Of a stretch of 64,000 nt of DNA, positions 57,612-64,000 are shown piece after piece. This DNA comes from Candidatus Parvarchaeota archaeon (GTDB lineage: Archaea; Nanobdellota; Nanobdellia; WJKC01). The stretch is from NCBI GenBank assembly GCA_030615175.1, contig JAUWZX010000002.1:1-64000 (forward strand), in the 5' to 3' direction. Within the stretch, counting starts at the first letter, position 1; every line of letters begins with the position of its first letter. The notes under the pieces are model-generated. The model was not told the origin of the DNA. It saw only the letters and a list, made by a program, of their open reading frames with translations, and did not search any database. Position numbers and translations under genes: made by a program.

Positions 57612-58214
57612 ATGAAATTATTTGCTGTTTCAGACATTCATGGTGATAAAAGACTTGCTAAGAAATTAGCCATGAAAGCCATGGAGGCTGACTTAATAAT
57701 ACTTGCTGGGGACTTAACTTGGGCTGAAGCAGACTTAACAGGTATTATAGGACCTTTCAAGGGTACTGGGAAAAAAGTATTAATGATTCCTGGCAATCAT
57801 GAAACGCTTGCAAGCCTTGACTTCCTGGAGAAGCAGTACAAGCCAGGCGTTTATAATGTTCACGCAAAATCATTCATTGTTGATAATATTGGCTTCTTTG
57901 CCTGCGGCAGCGGCAACATCGGATTATTCCAGTTAACAGAAAATGAAGTTTATAGTATATTAATGAAAGCTTATAAGGGGGTTAAGGACTGCGTGAAGAA
58001 GGTCTTAATAAGCCATGTTCCTCCTTATAATACATTGCTTGATGATTTGGGTTGGACTCACGCAGGCAGCCAGGCAGTCAGGAAGGTTATTGAATTAGTG
58101 CAGCCTGAATTATGCATTTGCGGTCACTTGCACGAAACTGAAGGATTAATTGATAAGATAGGCAGAACAAAGATTATAAACGTAGGCCACAAGGGTGCAT
58201 TATTAAAAGTATAA
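57612..58214 (+). CDS. Metallophosphoesterase
   Basis: SDIHG, AGD, PGNHE, SHVPP, CGHLHE. Confidence 0.92.
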   Translation: MKLFAVSDIHGDKRLAKKLAMKAMEADLIILAGDLTWAEADLTGIIGPFKGTGKKVLMIPGNHETLASLDFLEKQYKPGVYNVHAKSFIVDNIGFFACGSGNIGLFQLTENEVYSILMKAYKGVKDCVKKVLISHVPPYNTLLDDLGWTHAGSQAVRKVIELVQPELCICGHLHETEGLIDKIGRTKIINVGHKGALLKV

Positions 58215-58274
58215 AATCTTTTTCCGTCAACGCTTTCCTAAAGGGTTGGGGCATAAAGGAGCACTGCTCAAAAT

Positions 58275-58805
58275 TTAATCATGTAAGCAGTTCATGCATG
58301 GCTCGTGAGATGGAAGATGATAAGGCACTAAATTTCTCTCTAAAACCTTCTTCCTGAACTCAAAATATTTTCCACTACTTAGGCTTGATTCATAGACTTC
58401 TCTTATTCTTAGCAGTTTTTTCCTTGGCTTAATGTAAAACGTCCAGATACCCCCTTCTGGTCTTAAGTGCACGTGTAAGCCCTTATGATAGTTCATTTTC
58501 TTTTTGGGTGGAAGTAACTCTTGCTGTATTTTATAATAATTATTGAATTCTAAGATTGCACCATAATTAGAAGGCTCGTCAGGGTGCAGATGAGCTTTTA
58601 CTTCTTCTAAGCCCTTCTTTTTTACCCTATCAATCACGTACCCTTTACTAGTAATGCTTAATTGTTTACTAAATAATTCGTCCACGATTGATTTCATTTT
58701 TTTAAAATTAACATGCGTGCTTTCAGGCACTTGTTGAATTATTACTTCAAGATTGTATATTGGTTTGCCAAGTCTTTTAAAAAATCTTTTTAATGCATTC
58801 ATCAC
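58275..58805 (-). CDS. Hypothetical protein
   Basis: 176-aa His-rich ORF. Confidence 0.6.
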   Translation of the reverse strand: MMNALKRFFKRLGKPIYNLEVIIQQVPESTHVNFKKMKSIVDELFSKQLSITSKGYVIDRVKKKGLEEVKAHLHPDEPSNYGAILEFNNYYKIQQELLPPKKKMNYHKGLHVHLRPEGGIWTFYIKPRKKLLRIREVYESSLSSGKYFEFRKKVLERNLVPYHLPSHEPCMNCLHD

Positions 58806-58903
58806 TAATCCTTTAATAATTTTTAATTTTAAAAGATTATACCATAAGTTTTAAAAAGACATTATTATTGTTTGAACAATAACCAATGAAATAAGGTGAA
58901 ATT

Positions 58904-59314
58904 ATGGTTGAAAAAAGTAAAAAAACAGTTGAAAAAGCAGCTCCAAAACCAGTTGAGAAACTAGTCAAAGCATTCGAAGTGAATGAGAAAGTAATCCTTG
59001 AATTAGTTGACTTAGCGTCAGAGCCTGGAAGTGAAGGCAGGGTTAAAAAAGGAGTTAATGTCACGACCAAAGCAATTGAGAAAGGCATGGCTAAAATAGT
59101 AATTATTGCAGATGATGTTGAACCTAAGGCAGTAATAGCGCACATACCATTACTATGTAAGGATAAGGAAGTGCCATTACTGCATGTATCTTCAAAAACC
59201 GCTCTTGGAAGCGCTGCAAGGTTAGAGGTCGGGTGCTCGAGTATTACAATAACCGAACCAGGCCTTGGTAAGGAATTATTCCTTAAAATGAAGAAAGCGA
59301 TTGGAAATGCCTAA
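58904..59314 (+). CDS. rpl7ae: 50S ribosomal protein L7Ae
   Basis: KKGVNVTTKAIE.G.AKIVIIADDVEP...HIPLLC. Confidence 0.96.
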   Translation: MVEKSKKTVEKAAPKPVEKLVKAFEVNEKVILELVDLASEPGSEGRVKKGVNVTTKAIEKGMAKIVIIADDVEPKAVIAHIPLLCKDKEVPLLHVSSKTALGSAARLEVGCSSITITEPGLGKELFLKMKKAIGNA

Positions 59315-59600
59315 AAGATTAAAGGATGTTGGACCAGAAGATAGAGTTGTGATTAAAACTAAGAAGGGAGAAGTACAAACAACTTACAGGAATGCTGTGC
59401 CTGCAAAGGTTGTGGAAATAATTGGCAGGGTTGGCGTCAGGGGGGAGGCAACTCAAGTGAGGTGTAAAATCCTTCAAGGGATTGATAAGAATAAGATTAT
59501 GAGGCGTAATGTCCGCGGACCAGTAAGGACTAATGATGTGTTAATGCTTAAGGAAACAGAATTAGAAGCAGCACCGCTAAAAGGAGGCAGGAGAAAGTGA
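59307..59600 (+). CDS. rps28e: 30S ribosomal protein S28e with N-terminal extension
   Basis: PAKVVEIIGRVGVRGEATQVRC...RNVRGPVR..DVLML.ETE. Confidence 0.95.
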   Translation: MPKRLKDVGPEDRVVIKTKKGEVQTTYRNAVPAKVVEIIGRVGVRGEATQVRCKILQGIDKNKIMRRNVRGPVRTNDVLMLKETELEAAPLKGGRRK

Positions 59601-59767
59601 AGTGCAGTTTCTGTAAAAGAGATATTGAACCTGGAAGAGGAACAATTCATGTTAAGCCTGACGGCAAAATCATAAGATTATGCTCAAGCAAGTGCAGCAA
59701 GAACTTAACTCTTAAAAGGAAGCCAAGCAAACTAAAATGGATTACTAAAAAGGTGAAGAAAAAATGA
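59597..59767 (+). CDS. rpl24e: 50S ribosomal protein L24e (not in ORF track)
   Basis: GTG start; KCSFC..IEPGRG...DGK....CSSKC.KN..LKRKPSKLKW. Confidence 0.95.
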   Translation: MKCSFCKRDIEPGRGTIHVKPDGKIIRLCSSKCSKNLTLKRKPSKLKWITKKVKKK

Positions 59768-60339
59768 TTGAAAGAAGTCTTGTTTTAATAAAACCTGATG
59801 GAGTGAACAGAGGGTTGATTGGAGCAATAATTAAGCGTTTTGAGAAAAGAGGCTTGAAAGTCGTTGGATTAAAATTAATCAGACCTAACGTTGATTTAGT
59901 TGGAAGGCATTACAAGCCAGACCCTGAATGGTTAAAAAATGTTGGAATAAAATCAAAGAAAGCTTATGCAGAGAGAGGAATTAAAGTAAAGAAAAAAGAT
60001 ATTGATATTGGAGAAGACATCCGCAGCATGCTAATGGAATACATTGGTTCTGGTCCTGTTGTGGCAATGGTTCTTGAAGGACCTCACGCTGTTAAAGCTA
60101 TCAGGAAGATTGTTGGAACAACTGAGCCGATGGGCGCGCCTATTGGCACTATTAGAGGCGACTTCAGCGTTGACTCTTACATGCTGTCTGACTCTCGAAA
60201 AAGACCTCTTAAGAATTTAATTCATGCCAGTGAAAGCATTAAAGAAGCTGATGATGAAATCAGCGTTTGGTTCTCTCCTAACGAGATTTATGACTACGAG
60301 CGCTCTGACGAGGCAGCTGCTTTCAAGAAGACCTGGTAG
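59764..60339 (+). CDS. ndk: Nucleoside diphosphate kinase
   Basis: ERSLVLIKPDGV.RGL, SGPVV, GTIRGD, NLIHAS. Confidence 0.96.
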   Translation: MIERSLVLIKPDGVNRGLIGAIIKRFEKRGLKVVGLKLIRPNVDLVGRHYKPDPEWLKNVGIKSKKAYAERGIKVKKKDIDIGEDIRSMLMEYIGSGPVVAMVLEGPHAVKAIRKIVGTTEPMGAPIGTIRGDFSVDSYMLSDSRKRPLKNLIHASESIKEADDEISVWFSPNEIYDYERSDEAAAFKKTW

Positions 60340-60384
60340 TAACATGAAAAAGTATTTAAATAATAATCCCTATCAAAATTTGCA

Positions 60385-60927
60385 ATGGCTAGTAAAGAAG
60401 AAAATGTTTTTAAGAAGATAGGAGAAGCGCTTGGCGAGCCTTCAGAAATAGCGGATAGCGGTGACTTGCTTTACGTTAAATTAATTGAAGGGCACTATAT
60501 TGACTTTCTTGGATTAGCCAAGTGCTGCGTGAATTATCATAAAAAATTGAATAATGAAGAAATTAATGAAAAAGAAGACAGTGAGTTGCAGAGAAAACAC
60601 TATTACCCTTTTGTTGACATAGCTAAATTAGTGGTTACAGGAGATTTTATACACGAAGGCGAACTTCAAGACGGCTGTTCACAGAGTTTTCTAGCTGAAT
60701 ATTATGGTTTCAGGAACAATGATGATGAAAGGATTATTAAGTTAGACATTGTTAACTGCCCTTACGGATTAGTAAAATTATATTCTAATAAGGATTTTCG
60801 TATTTTAATGAATAAAGTTCGCGTTGAATTGCCCTGTGACTTAATTGCAAGTTATACTGTTTACCAAAAAAAGGATACTACAATCCTGTTAGAGAATCTT
60901 ATCAAACATGATAAAATTACTTTTTAA
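60385..60927 (+). CDS. Hypothetical protein
   Basis: 180-aa ORF between ndk and aIF5B. Confidence 0.6.
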   Translation: MASKEENVFKKIGEALGEPSEIADSGDLLYVKLIEGHYIDFLGLAKCCVNYHKKLNNEEINEKEDSELQRKHYYPFVDIAKLVVTGDFIHEGELQDGCSQSFLAEYYGFRNNDDERIIKLDIVNCPYGLVKLYSNKDFRILMNKVRVELPCDLIASYTVYQKKDTTILLENLIKHDKITF

Positions 60928-60973
60928 CCGTTAAGCAAAACTTTTTAAAAGCCATTCCTAATTCTTTTCTTTC

Positions 60974-62746
60974 ATGAAAATACGTCAATTAATCTGCGCA
61001 GTACTTGGTCACGTTGACCATGGCAAGACATTGTTGTTAGATACTATCAGAGGCAGCGCTGTCCAGGCAAGGGAAGCTGGGGGCATTACGCAGCACGTCG
61101 GTGCAAGCGAGGTGCCATTAAAAGTTATAAAGAACATTTGCGGTTCACTTCTTGAACAATTAAAAATCGAAATCACTATCCCGGGACTGCTGTTCCTTGA
61201 CACTCCAGGACACGAGGCATTCACCAGTCTAAGAGAAAGAGGAAGTTCAATCGCTGACATTGCAATACTCGTTATTGACGTCATGGAAGGCATGATGCCT
61301 CAAACAATTGAGTCAATAATGATGCTAAAACAATTCAAAGTGCCTTTCGTCATCGCGCTTAACAAGACTGACTTAATTAACGGATGGCACTCAAATCCTG
61401 ATAAATTACTGCTCGAAAGCATTAAGTTTCAAGGAAAGGATGTTCAAGGAATTCTTGAAACAAAACTTTACGAATTAGTTGGCAGGTTATTCGAACTCGG
61501 GTTTCAGGCAGAGCGTTTTGACAGGGTCTCGGATTTCACAAAAGAAGTCAGCATTGTCCCGGTAAGCGCTAAGACAGGTGAAGGAGTTAAGGAATTACTA
61601 ATGGTTTTAACTGGATTAGCCCAGCGCTTTTTAGAGAGCACTCTTAAAGTTAATATTAACTCACCTGCAAAAGCATCAGTTCTTGAAGTTAAGGAAGTCA
61701 GGGGGCTTGGCAAAACACTTGACATAATCCTTTATGACGGTAAATTAAGGAAAGGTGACTTAATAATTATTGGAGGAGTAAAAGAACCAATTGTCAGCAA
61801 GGCACGCGCACTGCTTAAGCCAGCGCCATTGCAGGAACTAAGGGAGAAAGGCAATTTCCTTAATGTTAAGGAAGTAACTGCTGCTTCAGGCATTAAAGTC
61901 TCTGGTCCTGGCTTAGATGAAGTTATTCCAGGAATGCCACTCATTGCTTGCTGGGATGAAAAAAAATTAGAATCATTAAAGGATGAAGTGCAGGAGAAAA
62001 TAAAAAATATATTAATCAAAACTGAAGGTAATGGTTTAATAATTAAGGCGGATTCGCTAGGGAGTCTTGAAGCAATTAATAACTTATTCAAGAATCATCC
62101 TATTATGAAGGCTGAGATTGGGGCGATAAACAAGCAGGACTTGATTGAAGCTAACTCCGTGCGTGAAAGCAAAAAGGAGCATGGCGTCATTATAGGATTC
62201 AATATTAGTGAACTCGCGGAGGCAGCTGAGTTTAACAAAGAATTAAATATTAAGATATTCAAGTCAAACATTATTTACAAACTATTAGAAGATTATGAGA
62301 ATTATTTAAAGGATTTATTAGATAAGCGCAAGGCAAGTGCTTTAAAGAGCCTTGTAACACCTGTTAAACTCAAATTCTTAAAGGATAATGTTTTCAGGGC
62401 TTCTAAGCCCGCGATTATTGGCATGGAAGTCCTTGACGGTACTTTAAGGGCAGGCTACTCACTCATTAATGAGGATTTAAGGAAGGTTGGCGAAGTCAAA
62501 GCCATTCAAGTTAAGGGTGAGTCAGTTGGCGAGGCAGTTAAGGGCATGCGCGTTGCAGTAAGCATTAGCAATGGAGTAGTTGGCAGGAACTTAAATGAAG
62601 GTGACGTCCTGTACTCTAACGTGCCTGAAAGCCACTTCATTAAGATGAAAACTGATTACAAAAAGTACTTGCGCAGTGATGAGATTACTGCCATGCGTGA
62701 AATACTTAAAATTCACAGGAAAAAGAATGAAGATTGGGGGCTATAA
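60974..62746 (+). CDS. infB: Translation initiation factor aIF5B (IF-2)
   Basis: GHVDHGKT, EAGGITQH, DTPGH, NKTD, SAKTGEG. Confidence 0.98.
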   Translation: MKIRQLICAVLGHVDHGKTLLLDTIRGSAVQAREAGGITQHVGASEVPLKVIKNICGSLLEQLKIEITIPGLLFLDTPGHEAFTSLRERGSSIADIAILVIDVMEGMMPQTIESIMMLKQFKVPFVIALNKTDLINGWHSNPDKLLLESIKFQGKDVQGILETKLYELVGRLFELGFQAERFDRVSDFTKEVSIVPVSAKTGEGVKELLMVLTGLAQRFLESTLKVNINSPAKASVLEVKEVRGLGKTLDIILYDGKLRKGDLIIIGGVKEPIVSKARALLKPAPLQELREKGNFLNVKEVTAASGIKVSGPGLDEVIPGMPLIACWDEKKLESLKDEVQEKIKNILIKTEGNGLIIKADSLGSLEAINNLFKNHPIMKAEIGAINKQDLIEANSVRESKKEHGVIIGFNISELAEAAEFNKELNIKIFKSNIIYKLLEDYENYLKDLLDKRKASALKSLVTPVKLKFLKDNVFRASKPAIIGMEVLDGTLRAGYSLINEDLRKVGEVKAIQVKGESVGEAVKGMRVAVSISNGVVGRNLNEGDVLYSNVPESHFIKMKTDYKKYLRSDEITAMREILKIHRKKNEDWGL

Positions 62747-62752
62747 AACCCC

Positions 62753-63346
62753 TTAAAGCTTTAATTGTTTAAGATAATGCGCCCTCTTACTGTAATCTTT
62801 TTTAAAATGATTAATTAAAACAAGATTAACTAAATACTTATTAAATATTTCAAGTCCATCACTTAAGACTGTGAAGCCAAGGGATTCTGGCTGGGAAAAA
62901 TGTCTCTTAATGTTCTCGTATCCGTACTCGCGTGTTATTTTATATTTCTTGCAAATACTTTTCCAGTCCCATTGCGTTTCTATTGGCTTCCTAACCCCAT
63001 CATCATTATATAATACATAACAATGAGTTTGCCTTAAGACATCCTTCATGATAACAAGACTTATTGGCAGCCCTGATTCATCACCAATTATTTTATACAA
63101 CATTGATAATCCTAAACAATTGCCCCTGCCTTTTTTAATCACTTCAGTGATTTCAACATAATCACCTTTTTTGAACTCTGACTTCAAATAATCATCCAAT
63201 AACTCCAATTTCATGATGTTATCAGAATTATTAAACTCCTTAATCTCATTAATGACTGATTCTAAATATTGCCTGCAGGAAGCAGTGTTATCCTTGAAAT
63301 AAGATGCATTCAACACTAAATTCAATAAGTTTGCCATGATAACCAT
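62753..63346 (-). CDS. Transglutaminase-like (SirB1-type) domain protein
   Basis: RGNCLGLSMLY...HCYV...IET putative Cys-His-acid triad. Confidence 0.7.
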   Translation of the reverse strand: MVIMANLLNLVLNASYFKDNTASCRQYLESVINEIKEFNNSDNIMKLELLDDYLKSEFKKGDYVEITEVIKKGRGNCLGLSMLYKIIGDESGLPISLVIMKDVLRQTHCYVLYNDDGVRKPIETQWDWKSICKKYKITREYGYENIKRHFSQPESLGFTVLSDGLEIFNKYLVNLVLINHFKKDYSKRAHYLKQLKL

Positions 63347-63402
63347 TTAATAATTTATAGGCAAAACTTTATAAAATCATTTCTTTTTTCTAATTCGTAT
63401 TC

Positions 63403-63948
63403 ATGGAGTTTAAAATTAATATTGGTGATAAGGCAGGCAAGAGTTACAAAATTATTCTTAAAGAGCCTGAAGCTGCTAATTTAATTGGTTTAAAGATTGG
63501 CAGCTCATTTAACGGCAGCGTTTTAGGGCTTAATGGTTATGAATTTAAAATCACTGGCGGCAGTGATAATGCAGGTTTCCCGATGAGGAAAGAGGTTATG
63601 GGGTCAAGAAGGGTCAGGATACTCACAGGGAAGAGTGTTGGCTTAAAGAAGGTTAAGCAGAAAGGGTGGCGCAGGAGGAAGACTTTCAGAGGCAACACTA
63701 TTGCGGATGACATTGCTCAAATTAATGTTATTGCAGTGAAGCAGGGTAAGAAAAAGTTAAAGGAGATTTTCGGCAAGAAAGCGCCTGCAGCGAAAGAAGA
63801 GAAAAAGGAAAAATTGCCTAAAGAAGAAAAGTCCAGTGCGAAAGAAGAAAAAAAGGAAGAGAAAAAGAAAAAATCACCTAAAGAAGAAAAACCAGCTGAA
63901 GAGAAAAAGGAAACACTAAAAATTCCAAAAGAGAAGAAAAAAGAGTAA
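63403..63948 (+). CDS. rps6e: 30S ribosomal protein S6e with K/E-rich tail
   Basis: LIGLKIG, ITGGSDNAGFPMR, RRKTFRGN...QIN. Confidence 0.97.
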   Translation: MEFKINIGDKAGKSYKIILKEPEAANLIGLKIGSSFNGSVLGLNGYEFKITGGSDNAGFPMRKEVMGSRRVRILTGKSVGLKKVKQKGWRRRKTFRGNTIADDIAQINVIAVKQGKKKLKEIFGKKAPAAKEEKKEKLPKEEKSSAKEEKKEEKKKKSPKEEKPAEEKKETLKIPKEKKKE

Positions 63949-64000
63949 GGCTTATAATAGATATTAATTCTCTAATTCTTTTAATGAACGTGCCTGAAAT

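Noticed and set aside
60974..62746. Inteins in aIF5B, TFB, XPD or NrdD
   Set aside because: Lengths are normal, and no HN-C/S/T junctions or LAGLIDADG motifs were seen.

Overview
This is AT-rich archaeal chromosomal DNA, most likely DPANN/Nanoarchaeota-like. That call is inferred from the fused PriS-PriL primase, TFB, thermosome, archaeal r-proteins and many orphan ORFs. The housekeeping backbone comprises Lsm-rpl37e, rps8e, tfb, trm1-rpl35ae, XPD, thermosome, NAC, secDF, primase-GINS-rps27e-aIF2a-PAC2, class III RNR, iscS-iscU, pyrE/pyrF and rpl7ae-rps28e-rpl24e-ndk-aIF5B-rps6e. There are three tRNAs: Ala-GGC, Lys-CTT and Pro-CGG, the last with a T-loop intron. Highlights: (1) a 5.2 kb cargo island upstream of the tfb promoter, bounded by a 16-bp direct repeat and punctuated by about 13 co-oriented intergenic copies of an (AAT)TTATGTGCA-like motif; (2) an NrdR repressor fused to a split class III RNR, with tandem NrdR boxes over its own promoter; (3) a second, splice-site-like copy of the tRNA-Pro 3' exon; (4) an island inserted at a duplicated rps8e 3' end; (5) four tandem paralogous surface (lipo)proteins. 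No integrase, transposase, rRNA or CRISPR array was recognised. All calls come from reading the sequence by eye; no searches were run.
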